From NCBI RefSeq assembly GCF_003790525.1, contig NZ_CP033635.1: DNA of 64,000 nt. One strand, written 5' to 3'. Below the pieces are notes generated by a model. It saw only the letters and a program-made list of their open reading frames with translations, ran no database searches and was not told the DNA's origin. The translations under genes were made by a program, and so were the position numbers. This document shows positions 47,698 to 61,054 of this stretch, piece after piece. This DNA is from Escherichia coli (GTDB lineage: Bacteria > Pseudomonadota > Gammaproteobacteria > Enterobacterales > Enterobacteriaceae). The stretch's first letter is position 1; every line of letters begins with the position of its first letter.

Positions 47698-48765
47698 TTA
47701 CGCCCGGGCAGCCCGGCTCACTTCATTTGCCACTCGCTCGGTGGCATCCGGAATGGATGCAGCCCGGGCGCGTTCTGCCATGGTTAATAAGGTTTCTCGC
47801 GACCACCCGGCCAGGGTGTTGGCGACAGCATCCACGCTAAGCTGTGGCTGCTCGATAATTTTGGCTGCGCCCGCTTTTTCCAGCGGTAGCGCATTCCAGT
47901 ATTGCTGACGGTCTTTATGTTGAAACGGCACAAACAACGCCGGAAGTCCTGCCGCGGCGATTTCACTCACCGTTAACGCACCGGAGCGGCAAACAACGAC
48001 ATCCGCCCACGCATACGCCGCCGCCATATCATCAATAAATTCCGTCACTTTATGCTGCGGTTGTCCCGCTTCGGCATACGCCTGTTCAACGGATTGTTGC
48101 GAACCTTTGCCGCTCTGATGCCAGATAGTGACTGAATCACCCAGTTTTGCAGCAACCTGCGGCATTGTCTGATTAAGAATGCGTGCGCCCTGGGAACCAC
48201 CCACTACCAACACACGAACCGGACCTTCACGTCCAGCCAAACGTTGCTGCGGCAACGGCAGCGCCAGCACATCGGTACGCACCGGGTTACCCACCACTTC
48301 CGCATTAGGGAAAGCGCCTGGAAACGCCTGCATCACTTTGGTAGCAATCTTCGCCAGCCATTTATTGGTTAAGCCCGCAATACCGTTTTGTTCATGAAGT
48401 ACAACCGGAATGCCTAACGACCACGCAGCCAGACCACCTGGACCTGATACATAGCCGCCCATACCGAGCACCACGTCAGGTTTGTACGCTTTCATAATCG
48501 CCCGCGCCTGACGCCAGGCGTTGAAGATACGCAGCGGCGCAGCTATCAGTGCTTTTATACCTTTTCCACGCAGACCAGAGATACGAATGAAATCAATTTC
48601 GATGCCATGTTTTGGCACTAAGTCCGCTTCCATACGGTCGGCAGTCCCCAGCCAGCGAACTTGCCAACCCTGAGCCATTAGATGGTGCGCAACCGCCAGT
48701 CCCGGGAATACATGTCCACCGGTTCCGCCTGCCATCACCATTAATCGCTTTCCTTGACCACTCAT
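47698..48765 (-). CDS. murG: Lipid II synthase (UDP-GlcNAc transferase) MurG
   Basis: 355 aa, [29 protein letters not shown]... Confidence 0.97.
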
Positions 48766-50006
48766 CGTGAACCTCGTACAAACGCCTGCGCTTTCTCCAG
48801 ACGCGTTTCATAATCAATACGCAACAGCATCATGATGGCTGTCGACATAATCAGTAAGCTCGAACCACCGTAACTGATCAGCGGCAATGTCAGACCTTTG
48901 GTCGGTAACATCCCCGCCGCCGCGCCTACGTTAACCAGCGCCTGGAAACTAAACCAGATACCAATAGAACAGGCGAGAAAACCGGAAAAACGGTGGTCAA
49001 TTTCTAATGCTTTGCGGCCAATCGACATCGCGCGAAAAGCGACGAAGAATACCATTAAAAGTGCCAGCACCACACCGACATACCCCAGTTCTTCGCCGAT
49101 AATGGCGAAAATAAAGTCAGTGTGCGCTTCCGGCAGATACTCCAGTTTTTGTACCGAGTTACCTAAACCTTGTCCCCACAGTTCACCGCGACCAAACGCC
49201 ATCAACGATTGCGTTAACTGATAGCCGCTGCCAAAGGGATCTTCCCACGGATTCCAGAATGCGGTAACACGGCGGATACGGTACGGTTCGGCGAGGATCA
49301 GCAACACAACAGCTGAAATGCCCATACCGATAATGGCAATGAACTGCCACAATTTCGCTCCCGCCAGGAACAACATCGCCAGCGTAGTCACAAACAACAC
49401 CACCACCGTACCAAGGTCTGGCTGTGCCAGCAGTAGCACTGCCAACACCAGAATTACGCCCATCGGTTTCAGAAAGCCGCGCAGGTTATTACGTACTTCG
49501 TCGCCTTTACGCACCAGATAGTTGGCGATATAGCAAAACAACGACAGTTTTGTCAGCTCCGCAGGCTGGATACGCAGCAAGCCGAGATCGATCCAACGCG
49601 ATGCCCCTTTAACCGAGCTACCCACTACCAGAACGATCATCAGCAGGATGATAGATCCGAGCAGCATCGTGGCACTGTAGCGTTGCCAGAACTCCATCGG
49701 CAGACGCAGCGTAATGATCGCCAGAATGAATGCCAGGATCAGATAGACGCCATCACGCTTCGCGAAGAAGAACGGATCGTTGGTTAAGCGTTGCCCTATG
49801 GGCATTGACGCCGAGGTCACCATGATAAAGCCAATCGCCGCGAGGCCGAAGGTCAGCCACAGTAAGGTGCGATCGTACATGATCAGGCTGTCGGTATCTT
49901 TTTCCCGCGAGCCCATCACCCAGCCCTTTAGCGCCGTGGAGATCCAGACCAGAATACTGAATCCTGGCAGGCGCGGCATTTTCAGGCGAGGGAGAGATAA
50001 ACGCAT
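48762..50006 (-). CDS. ftsW: Peptidoglycan glycosyltransferase FtsW (SEDS)
   Basis: 414 aa from [15 protein letters not shown] (second Met of the track ORF); start overlaps murD stop by 1 nt as in K-12. Confidence 0.95.
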
Positions 50007-51322
50007 CAACCTAACTCCTTCGCCAGACGGGCAAACTCATTGCCTCGTTGTTCAAAGTTCTTGAACTGATCAAGGCTGGCACAGGCCGGGGAGAGCAGAA
50101 CCATATCGCCCGGCTGAACACGCGGAGCCAGCAAGCGCATCGCCTGTTCCATGGTTTCGGTTTGTTCTGCCACTTCCGGGCGTAGCGCCGCCAGCTGCGC
50201 GCCGTCCCGACCGAAACAATACAGACGTACGTTATCGCCATTCAGGTAACGCGCCAGTGGGCTAAAATCTGCCGATTTACCATCGCCGCCCAGCAACAAA
50301 TGCAGCGTGCCGTCTACGTGCAGGCCATTCAGTGCCGCTTCCGTACTGCCGACGTTGGTCGCTTTTGAATCGTTAATCCAGCGCACACCGTTATGCTCCA
50401 GCACAACTTCAAAGCGATGCGGCAGACCAGTGAATGTGGTTAACGCTTTCAGGCTGCTGGCGCGCGGCAAACCAGCGGCATCTGCCAGTGCCAGAGCTGC
50501 CAGTGCATTGGTGTAGTTATGCTGCCCGGAAAGTTTCATTTCTTTCACGTTCAGCACTTTCTCGCCCTTCACCCGCAGCCAGGTTTCACCCTGCTGATGA
50601 TTCAGGTGATAGTCACCCATGTTGACGCCAAAGCTGACGCAGCGTTCATCCGCACCGCGAATCGGCATTGTTAAGGCATCATCAGCATTAACCACGCAAA
50701 TTTTTGCGTTTTCGTAAATGCGCAGTTTTGCTGCACGATACTGTTGTAAACCAAACGGATAGCGATCCATATGATCTTCAGTTACGTTCAGAATGGTCGC
50801 TGCTACCGCCTGTAAACTGGAGGTGGTTTCAAGCTGGAAGCTCGACAGCTCCAGCACGTACAGTTCGCACTCATCATCCAGCAGCATCAACGCAGGCAGG
50901 CCAATATTGCCACCCACACCAACGTTAACCCCCGCCGCTTTCGCCATTTCACCCACTAGCGTGGTGACCGTGCTTTTGCCGTTAGAACCGGTGATCGCCA
51001 CAATCGGTGCTTGTGCTTCACGACAGAACAGCTCGATATCGCCAACGATTTCGATTCCGGCATCAGCGGCAGCGCTTAAGGATGGATGCGCCAGTGCAAT
51101 ACCGGGACTGGCGACAATCAGATCGGCCGCCATCAGCCATTCATCATTCAGACCGCCCGTGTGGCGTTCTACAGCTTCGGGTAATTTATCCAGGCCAGGC
51201 GGTGTCATACGCGTATCCATAACGCGCGGCGTCACACCGCGAGCGAGGAAAAAGTCCACGCAAGAAAGCCCGGTGAGGCCCAGGCCGATAATGACGACAT
51301 TTTTACCCTGGTAATCAGCCAT
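50006..51322 (-). CDS. murD: UDP-N-acetylmuramoylalanine--D-glutamate ligase
   Basis: 438 aa, [25 protein letters not shown]... Confidence 0.97.
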
Positions 51323-51324
51323 GA

Positions 51325-52407
51325 TTAACGTACCTTCAGCGTTGCCAGACCAATCAGGACCAGCATCAGCGAAATAATCCAGAAACGTACAATGACGCGC
51401 GGTTCCGGCCAGCCTTTCAGTTCATAGTGGTGATGAATCGGTGCCATGCGGAAAATACGTTGTCCGCGCAGTTTAAAGGAGCCGACCTGCAGGATGACGG
51501 AAAGTGTTTCTACCACGAACACGCCCCCCATAATCACCAGCAGGAATTCCTGACGCAGCAGTACGGCGATAATACCTAACGCACCACCTAACGCCAGCGA
51601 ACCGACATCGCCCATAAAGACCTGCGCCGGATAGGTGTTAAACCACAGGAAGCCCAGCCCTGCCCCGACTATCGCGGTACAGACAATGACCAGTTCCCCG
51701 GCGTGTCGTAGATACGGTATGTGTAAATAGCTGGCAAAGTTCATGTTGCCGGTCGCCCACGCCACCAGCGCAAAACCACCGGCGACAAATACGGTCGGCA
51801 TAATTGCCAGACCGTCAAGACCATCAGTCAGGTTTACCGCGTTGCCTGTACCCACAATGACGAAGTAAGCCAGCAGAATGTAGAACAGCCCCAGTTGCGG
51901 CATCACATCTTTAAAGAACGGAACCACCAGCTGCGTTGCGGGCGTGTCTTTGCCGGCAAGGTACAGCGCGAAGGCAACACCCAGCGCAATGACCGACATC
52001 CAGAAATACTTCCAACGAGCGATCAACCCTTTGGTGTCTTTACGCACCACTTTGCGATAGTCATCAACAAAGCCAATGATGCCGTAGCCTACCAGCACCA
52101 CCAGTACGCACCAGACGTACGGATTGGATGGATAAGCCCACAGCAGTACGGAGATCACAATCGCTGTCAGGATCATAATCCCGCCCATGGTCGGCGTACC
52201 GCGCTTGCTGAAGTGTGATTCAGGACCGTCGTTACGCACCACCTGACCAAAGGAAAGTTTTTGCAAATGAGCAATCATGCGCGGGCCCATCCACAATGAG
52301 ATGAACAGCGCAGTCAGCAGGCTGACGATGGCGCGAAACGTCAGATAGGAAAAGACGTTAAAGCCGGAATAATATTTGACCAAATGTTCGGCCAGCCAAA
52401 CTAACAT
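51325..52407 (-). CDS. mraY: Phospho-N-acetylmuramoyl-pentapeptide transferase
   Basis: 360 aa polytopic membrane protein, [27 protein letters not shown]... Confidence 0.97.
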
Positions 52408-53759
52408 GTCCCATTCTCCTGTAAAGCGCGTACTACCTCTTCCATGGCAGCACTACGTGAACCCTTAACTAAAATCGTAATTACCTGTTGCTCAGCAATC
52501 AGTGATTTAAGACGCGCGATAAGCGCAGTTTTATCGGAAAAATGTTCGCCAACGCCGCTGGCGGTGCTGATAGCATGGCTTTGTTTGCCCACGCTTAACA
52601 CGCGGTCAATACCAGCTGCTTTTGCCGCTTCGCCCACCTGTATATGGCAGGCTTCGCTTTCAGCGCCCAGTTCCGCCATATCGCCCACCACCAGCACGCG
52701 GTAGCCCGGCATTTCAGCCAGTACCTGGACTGCTGCAGTCATTGAACCAACATTGGCGTTGTAGGAGTCGTCGAGCAGCAACTGGTTTTCTACCAGTTGA
52801 ATGGGGAACAGACGGCCTGGAACAGCTTTCAGATTTGCCAGCCCCGCTTTGATAGCATCAAGCGTTGCGCCCACGGCCATGGAGAGCGCAGCGGCTGCCA
52901 GCGCATTCGCAATATTGTGACGCCCCGGCAACGGCAGCAGAACATCCACGCTACCGGTTGGGGTTTGCAGGGTAAATTCCGTACCGTGCGAAGTCACATG
53001 GATATTGGTGGCGGTGAAATCGCTGTTGGCGGCATTGGGTGAGAAACGCCACACTTTGCGTGAGCCAATTACGCTCTGCCAGTTCAGCCAGTCGTTGTTG
53101 TCAGCGTTCATGATGGCGATACCGTTTTCCGGCAGGCCGCTAAAGATTTCACCTTTCGCTTTCGCGACACCCGCAAGCGAGCCAAAACCTTCCAGATGTG
53201 CCGCTGCCAGGTTGTTGACCAGCGCCGCTTCCGGGCGAGTCAGACTCACAGTCCAGGCAATTTCGCCCTGATGGTTCGCGCCAAGTTCAATAACTGCGTA
53301 ATCGTATTCCGGCGTTAAGCGCAACAGCGTCATCGGTACGCCGATGTCGTTGTTGAGATTGCCTGCCGTATAAAGCGTGTTGCCGCACTGGCTTAAAATC
53401 GCCGCCGTCATCTCTTTAACGGATGTTTTGCCGGAGGAACCTGTCAGAGCAACCACGCGCGCCGGAACTTGCTGGCGAACCCATGCAGCCAGTTCACCAA
53501 ACGCCAGACGCGTATCCTTGACGATTAACTGCGGCAGATCGATATCCAGCGGACGGCTAACCAGTAGTGCGCCTGCGCCGCCAGCTTTCGCCTGGTCGGC
53601 AAAATCATGAGCATCGAAACGTTCGCCTTTCAGGGCAACAAACAGGCAGCCCGGCGTCAGTTTTCGCGTGTCAGTGGTTACAGCATCAAGGGTAATATCT
53701 GCACCTTGCAGTTCACCGTTGAGAATATCGGTAAGTTGGCTAAGGGTTACGCTAATCAT
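52401..53759 (-). CDS. murF: UDP-MurNAc-tripeptide--D-Ala-D-Ala ligase
   Basis: 452 aa; GSSGKTS motif. Confidence 0.97.
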
Positions 53760-55243
53760 GCAATCACCCCCAGCAGACGCGCCACCGTGACGCGATCGGA
53801 GTAGTCCAGACGCTGATTGCCAACAATCTGGTAATCCTCATGACCTTTGCCCGCGACCAGTACCACATCATTCTCTTTAGCCTGCATAACGGCGCAAGTC
53901 ACCGCTTCAGCACGGCCTTCCATCACTTTGGCATGTCCGGCATCTAACATTCCCGCCAGAATATCGTTGATGATGGCACGCGGTTCTTCGGTACGCGGGT
54001 TATCGTCCGTTACCACCGCCACGTCAGCAAACTCTTCAGCAATTGCGCCCATCAGTGGACGTTTGCCTTTATCACGATCGCCACCACAGCCAAAGACGCA
54101 CCACAGCTTGCCCGCACAGTGCAGGCGCGCCGCCTGTAAGGCTTTTTCCAGTGCATCCGGCGTATGCGCGTAATCCACCACCACCGTCGGTTTGCCTGGC
54201 GCAGTGAACACTTCCATACGTCCGCAAACCGGTTGCAGACGCGCGGCGGTTTTTAACAGATCAGCGAGCGGGTAGCCGAGTGCCAGCAGTGTCGCCAGCG
54301 CAAGCAGCAGGTTGCTGACGTTAAAAGCGCCCATCAGATGGCTTTCAATTTCGCCATCGCCCCAGCTTGAGCTAAAGCGAATCGTCGCACCGCTGTCGTG
54401 ATAGTTCACTTCGGTCGCTTTCAACCAGCGTCCGTGACAGTTCAGATTGATATGATCTTCCATTGATACCGCAACCGCGTCCGGCAGTTTTGCCAGCCAG
54501 CGGCGGCCCACTTCATCGTCGGCGTTAATAATCGCCTGACCGCAACGATGTTCAGAATAAAGCAGCCATTTCGCGGCTTCGTAGTGTTCCATATCACCAT
54601 GATAATCAAGGTGATCGCGGCTTAAGTTGGTAAAGACCGATGCGGCAAATTTCAGCGCCGCCACGCGATGCTGTACCAGCCCGTGGGAAGAGACTTCCAT
54701 TGCGCAAAAAGTCGCGCCCTGATCCACCAGCCCCGCCAGCTCATGCTGAACATCGACTGCCGAACCGGTGGTATTTTCTGTCGGGATCACTTTCCCCAGC
54801 AGGCCGTTACCAACGGTGCCCATTACCGCGCTGGTTTCGCCAAGCAGTTGGCTCCACTGTGCCAGCAGCTGGGTCGTCGTGGTTTTGCCGTTGGTGCCCG
54901 TTACGCCTACAAGACGTAAATTATCAGAGGGTTCATGGTAAAAGCGGCCCGCCAGTGCAGATAAACGCTCGTTGAGCTGGCTGAGATAGATGACCGGTAC
55001 GCCGTGCATTTCACGGATTTCACCGTCGGTCGCCTCATCTTTCGCCTCTGCAATAATGGCAGCCACACCTTGCGCTATCGCCTGCGGGATATATCGACGC
55101 CCGTCCGCCTGATGACCTACTACAGCTACAAAGAGATCGCCCGCCGCAGCCACACGGCTGTCGAGTGTCATCTCTCGCAGTGCTCGCGAAGGTGCGTCTG
55201 GCACCCACGGAGCAAGAAGGTCGCGCAAATTACGATCTGCCAC
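53756..55243 (-). CDS. murE: UDP-MurNAc-L-Ala-D-Glu--meso-DAP ligase
   Basis: 495 aa; GTNGKTTT motif. Confidence 0.97.
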
Positions 55244-56996
55244 CTGTCCCCTCGCCTTGATTAATCACAAATTCATTTTTATCGCCCGTTGTCAGCGCAT
55301 CCGGCTCGATGTTCATGGTACGCAATACGCCGCCCATGATGGCACCAAAGACCGGCGCGGAAACGGCGCCGCCGTAGTATTTACCCGCCTGCGGATCGTT
55401 GATAACAACAACCAGCGCGAAGCGCGGCTGACTCGCAGGCGCAACGCCTGCGGTATAAGCAATATATTTATTGATGTAGCGACCGTCCGGCCCGACCTTT
55501 TTCGCGGTACCGGTTTTAATGGCGATACGATAGCCTTTAATCGCCGCCTTCACGCCGCCACCGCCCGGTAGCGCCACGCTTTCCATCATATGCACCACGG
55601 TGCGAACAATGGATTCCGGGAAGACACGTTCACCGGGAACCGGGGGATCAACTTTGGTAATCGACAGTGGGCGATAAATGCCGTAGCTGCCGATAGTTGC
55701 GTAGACTCGCGCTAACTGTAACGGTGTTACCATTAGCCCGTAGCCGAAAGAGAAGGTGGCCCTCTCTATGTCAGACCACCGTTGTTTTTGAGGATATAAG
55801 CCACTGCGTTCTCCGACCAACCCCAAATTGGTCGCTTTTCCCAGTCCAAAACGTGAGTAAGTATCTACTAACGCTGAGGACGGCATCGCTAACGCCAGCT
55901 TGGAAACACCGACGTTACTCGACTTCTGTAATACCCCGGTCAGGGTTAATTCGCTGTAGCGTGCCACGTCTTTGATTTCGTGGCCGTTAATTCGATAAGG
56001 AACGGTATTCAGTACCGAGTTTTCCCGCACTACGCCACGTTGCAACGCGGTCATCACCACCATCGGTTTAACCGTTGAACCCGGTTCAAACACGTCAGTG
56101 ATGGTACGGTTACGCATCGCCTCTTTCGGCGTGCCACTCAGATTGTTTGGGTTGTATGACGGGCTGTTAGCCATCGCCAGCACTTCACCGGTGTTGACAT
56201 CCACCAGCACGGCGCTACCAGATTCAGCTTTGTTAAAGGCCACCGCGTTGTTCAGTTCGCGATAAACCAGCGCCTGCAGGCGTTCATCAATACTCAGCGC
56301 CAGGTTGTGCGCCGCCTGACTGTCGGTGGAAGAGATATCTTCAATTACGCGGCCATAGCGGTCTTTACGCACAATGCGCTCACCCGGCTGCCCGGTAAGC
56401 CATTTATCGAAACTCTTCTCGACGCCCTCAATCCCCTGACTATCGACGTTAGTAAAGCCGATGAGGTGAGCGGTCACTTCGCCGGATGGATAATAACGGC
56501 GAGATTCTTCACGCAGATGAATCCCCGGCAGTTTCAGTTTTTTGATGTACTCTGCCATGTCAGGGTTTACCTGACGCGCCAGATAAATAAAGCGCCCTTT
56601 CGGGTTGGCGTTAATGCGGGCTGAAAGCTGATCCAGCGGAATGTTGAGTGCGTTAGCCAGCGCCTTCCAGCGATCACCGACGCTGATACCGCCAGCGTCA
56701 TGCACTTCTTTCGGGTCAGCCCAAATCGCTTTAACCGGCACGCTCACCGCTAACGGGCGACCAGAACGGTCAGTAATCATGCCGCGGGAGGTGGAAACTT
56801 GCTGAACGCGAAGAGAACGCATGTCGCCCTCTTTTACCAGCATATCCGGGGAGATAACTTGTAACCACGCTACGCGTCCGAGCAGAAAAGCCAGCGCCAG
56901 GAGAATACAGCCGCATAACAACGCAAAACGCCAACTGATAAAGTTGGCATGTTCTTCCTGACGTTTTGGTTTCTGCGTTTTCGCCGCTGCTTTCAT
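55230..56996 (-). CDS. ftsI: Peptidoglycan D,D-transpeptidase FtsI (PBP3)
   Basis: 588 aa; transpeptidase motifs STVK, SSN, KTG. Confidence 0.97.
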
Positions 56997-57011
56997 GCGT
57001 CGCGTTTATCC

Positions 57012-57377
57012 TTATTTTTGCACTACGATATTTTCTTGTGACGGATCAACATGCTGCATTTGCAGCTTTTCCGTGGCTATCCTTTCCACCCGGCTATGGT
57101 CGCCGAGCGCATTCTCTTCAAGGATTAGGTTGCGCCATTCAATGTCTAAAGCATCTCGCTCCAGCACCAGTTGTTCGCGCTGAGCGGTCAGTAAACGGGT
57201 ATGGTGCGCCGTGGTTACCACGGTCACCGCCGTCAAAATAATGCAAATGAACAGGCAGAGTGGCAGCTTCCCAAATCGCAAAAGATCGTCACCGATAACA
57301 CCAGGCAATGCATGGCGCTCGTGGCTTCCCATCGATCCTTTAACTTTGCTTAGAGCTTCTGTCACTCTGCTGATCAT
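57012..57377 (-). CDS. ftsL: Cell division protein FtsL
   Basis: 121 aa bitopic protein, [27 protein letters not shown]... Confidence 0.93.
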
Positions 57378-58315
57378 GCGTTCGTCCTCTCTGCAATACG
57401 CAGAACTGAACTACGGGCACGAGGATTCTCAGCCACCTCTTCTTCGCCCGGCATTAACTTGCCTAGTGCTCGCAGCTGACGGCCACCCAGTTTTTTGAGC
57501 TGCTCTTCAGTCATCGGTAACCCTGCCGGAACTTGCGGACCGCGGCTGTTTTCACGCATAAAACGTTTCACAATACGGTCTTCCAGCGAGTGGAAGCTGA
57601 TGATCGAAAGCCGCCCACCCGGGGCCAGCACGTTGAGCGAGCTTTTTAGCGCCTGCTCTATCTCCTCCAGTTCACTGTTTACCCAAATGCGCACCGCCTG
57701 GAAGGTCCGGGTCGCGGGATGTTTAAACTTATCTTTCACCGGCGTTGCAGCAGCCACGACTTCCGCCAGTTCTTTGGTGCGGGTCATCGGCTGTTCGCGG
57801 TTTCGCTCGACAATGGCGCGGGCAATGCGTTTGGCAAAACGCTCTTCACCATAGGTTTTCAATACCCAGGCGATATCGGCTTCTTCTGCGGTTTGTAGCC
57901 ATTCAGCGGCTGACTGCCCACGGGTTGGGTCCATACGCATGTCCAGCGGACCATCGCGCATAAAGGAAAAACCGCGTTCAGCATCATCAAGTTGCGGTGA
58001 AGAGACGCCAAGATCGAGGAGAATGCCATCGATCTTGCCGATAAGATCGCGCTCGGCAACGTATTCGCCCAGCGCGGAGAAAGGTCCGTGGATGATGGAG
58101 AAGCGCGGATCATCAATAGTCTTCGCAACGGCGATAGCCTGCGGGTCGCGATCGATCGCCAACAAACGCCCCTCTTCGCCAAGCTGCGAGAGGATCAGAC
58201 GTGAGTGACCACCGCGACCAAAAGTCCCATCAATGTAGATGCCATCAGGACGGATATTGAGGCCATTAACGGCTTCATCCAGCAGCACCGTAGTATGTTT
58301 ATAGTTTTCCATCAT
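57374..58315 (-). CDS. rsmH: 16S rRNA m4C1402 methyltransferase RsmH (MraW)
   Basis: 313 aa from [28 protein letters not shown] at 58315; track ORF is 5'-extended. Confidence 0.95.
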
Positions 58316-58316
58316 T

Positions 58317-58775
58317 TTATAGAGACAAGTCCTGCAGTCGCTCCGATAAGTCTCCGGTAGCCAACTGCTCTGCGTCGATATCTTCCTTGACCTGTTGATG
58401 CCAGGTTGTTTCATCCCACAGCTCAAACTTGTTGAACTGTCCAACCAGCATCACTTCTTTTGTCAGCCCGGCATGTTGCCGCAGTACTGGCGCGATTAAC
58501 AATCGACCTGCGCCATCCATCTGACATTCGCTGGCATGACCTAACAGTAGGCGCTGCACACGGCGCTCAACCGGGTTCATGCTCGACAGACGCGATAATT
58601 TTTGCTCGATAATTTCCCATTCAGGCAGGGGGTAAAGCAGCAGGCACGGGTGATGAATGTCAATGGTGCAAACCATTTGACCGGCAGCGTTCTCAAGCAG
58701 CTGTTCCCGATAACGGGTAGGCACTGATAAGCGCCCTTTGCTGTCGAGATTGACTAACGTTGCTCCCCGGAACAT
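58317..58775 (-). CDS. mraZ: Transcriptional regulator MraZ
   Basis: 152 aa from [29 protein letters not shown] at 58775. Confidence 0.95.
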
Positions 58776-58826
58776 GCCAGCCTCACCCCTTATTCCCACT
58801 TTGCCCCACAATTTCCCACTGAAAGG

Positions 58827-58856
58827 AGTTTACGGAGCGGAGGAAAAGCTTGTCAA
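58827..58856 (-). promoter_or_regulatory. Candidate sigma70 promoter of the dcw cluster (Pmra)
   Basis: Minus strand TTGACA (58851-58856), 18-nt spacer, TAAACT (58827-58832), about 50 bp upstream of the mraZ start. Confidence 0.5.
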
Positions 58857-59376
58857 GCCAGTCACAAGGCATACCGAGGTAAAAAACCCGATGTTTACGG
58901 CTAATATCAGCGTTGTTTATTTTACGTCCAACGTGCGAAGCAAATTAACGTTATGAATAGCTGTAAGAAAAAATCCCTCATCGTCATCACCGTTTTAAAA
59001 TGACTCACTATTTTCCACAGCAAATATAAAGTGTCAGTTTGCGACGCGAGCGGCATTTTAGGACATATCTTCCCCGGTTAACAGTCCCTGTTGCGTCTGT
59101 GTGACGCTTGATGCCAGCGGGTTTGCGCAAAAGCAAAGAAAAGTGTTTGTTAAATCGGCAATTCATCTCTGCATGTAACAAAATAATGCAAAAACGCGCT
59201 ATCGATATCACTTAATTATTGTGAATTTCAGCTGGTGAGGTAATTAACGGGCAGGTTTAAAAGCATTTATCAATAATAGCCAGGAATAGTCTTATTTACT
59301 TTAAGGATATTGATGTCCATTCCCGTACTCAACGCGCCAGAGAGAAATTCACCTGGCGCGTATTTTTGTTCGCGGC

Positions 59377-60381
59377 TTAGCTACGGCTGAGCACGCCGCG
59401 GCGATAGAGATTACGTTTAATGCGCGTTAAACCAGGTTTTGGCTTACGCGGTTCGTCCAGGCTTGCCAGGACAATCTCCAGCACACGCTCTGCGACATCG
59501 CGGTGACGTTGAGCCACTGCCAGCACCGGGCACTGTAAGAAGTCGAGCAGTTCGTTATCGCCAAAGGTGGCAATTGCCAGGTCAGAAGGCAGTTTGCCGT
59601 CACGACGTAGCGTGACATCCATCACCCCTTGCAACAGCGCAAATGACGTTGTGAACAGCGCCTGCGGCATCGGATGCGTTTCCAGCCATTTTTCGAATAA
59701 CTGGGCAGCTGCCTCCCGCTCATAGCTGTTGGCATAAAGGAAATGCACTTCGCGCGGATCATCTTTCCAGGCAGTACGGAAGCCTTGTTCACGCAGGAAG
59801 CTGACAGAAAGCTCCGGCAGCGCGCCAAGATAAAGCACCGTCTCGGCGGGAAACTTACGTAACTCTTCCGCCAGCATTTCGGCATCATCCTGATCAGCAC
59901 CAACCACGCTGGTGAAGTGTTCACGATCGAGGGCGCGGTCCAGCGCGACAATCGGGAACGGGTCGTTAGCCCAGCGTTGATAAAAAGGATGCTCAGGTGG
60001 CAACGACGTCGAAACAATAATGGCATCAACCTGACGCTGTAAAAGGTGCTCAATGCAGCGCATTTCGTTGTCGGGCTGATCTTCCGAGCAGGCAATCAGC
60101 AGTTGATAACCCCTTTGCCGCGCCTGGCGTTCAAGATAGTTAGCGATGCGGGTATAGCTGGTGTTCTCCAGATCGGGGATCACAAGACCAATAGAACGTG
60201 TGCGTCCAGCACGAAGCCCAGCTGCCACGGCGTTCGGGTGGTAATTGTGCTCACGCACCACAGCCATGACTTTTTCAACGGTTTTGTCGCTCACACGGTA
60301 TTGCTTCGCTTTGCCGTTAATAACATAGCTTGCAGTGGTCCGCGACACTCCCGCCAGCCGAGCGATTTCATCCAGTTTCAC
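59377..60381 (-). CDS. cra: Catabolite repressor/activator Cra (FruR), LacI family
   Basis: 334 aa, (GTG) [29 protein letters not shown]... helix-turn-helix; GTG start at 60381. Confidence 0.95.
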   Translation of the reverse strand: MKLDEIARLAGVSRTTASYVINGKAKQYRVSDKTVEKVMAVVREHNYHPNAVAAGLRAGRTRSIGLVIPDLENTSYTRIANYLERQARQRGYQLLIACSEDQPDNEMRCIEHLLQRQVDAIIVSTSLPPEHPFYQRWANDPFPIVALDRALDREHFTSVVGADQDDAEMLAEELRKFPAETVLYLGALPELSVSFLREQGFRTAWKDDPREVHFLYANSYEREAAAQLFEKWLETHPMPQALFTTSFALLQGVMDVTLRRDGKLPSDLAIATFGDNELLDFLQCPVLAVAQRHRDVAERVLEIVLASLDEPRKPKPGLTRIKRNLYRRGVLSRS

Positions 60382-60560
60382 AATTGCCCCTTGCGTAAAA
60401 TGTAAAAACCATAGCCATTGTACTGGTATGGGTTAAATTCATTAACATCTAAGCGCAGAAAATTAACTGCGGCAACTGCTTTTATTCCAGGTTCCCACTG
60501 ATTTCGCAAAAAAAGCCCAACGTGACATGTTGGGCTGCAAATTGCGCATTGAGATCATTC

Positions 60561-61052
60561 TCAACGCATTATTTTTTCGCCGCGCGAAAGTCCGACCACA
60601 CCAGAGCGAGCAACTTCCACAATTTTCGCCACATCGCGAATCGATGCTAAAAATGCATCAAGCTTATCGCTGGTACCTGCTAATTGAACGGTATAAAGCG
60701 AGGGTGTGACATCGATAATTTGCCCACGGAATATTTCCGTATTACGTTTCACTTCGTCACGCCCGTAGCCGCTGGCCTGAATTTTCACCAGCATGATTTC
60801 CCGCTCAACATGCGCCCCCTGCCCCAACTCGCTCACGCGTAATACATCGACCAGCTTGTGTAATTGCTTTTCGATCTGCTCAAGCACTTTTTCATCGCCC
60901 ACGGTCTGGATGGTCATACGCGATAATGTCGGATCGTCGGTTGGCGCAACGGTCAGGCTTTCAATGTTGTAGCCACGCTGGGAAAAAAGGCCAATCACGC
61001 GGGATAACGCGCCTGATTCATTTTCGAGTAAGACTGATAATATCCGGCGCAT
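60561..61052 (-). CDS. ilvH: Acetolactate synthase III small (regulatory) subunit
   Basis: 163 aa from [33 protein letters not shown] (ACT domain). Confidence 0.95.
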
Positions 61053-61054
61053 AA

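Noticed and set aside
59008..59211. 67-aa minus-strand ORF in the cra-mraZ intergenic region
   Set aside because: No ribosome-binding site or recognisable sequence; the 601-bp spacing matches K-12, where this is the dcw promoter region.
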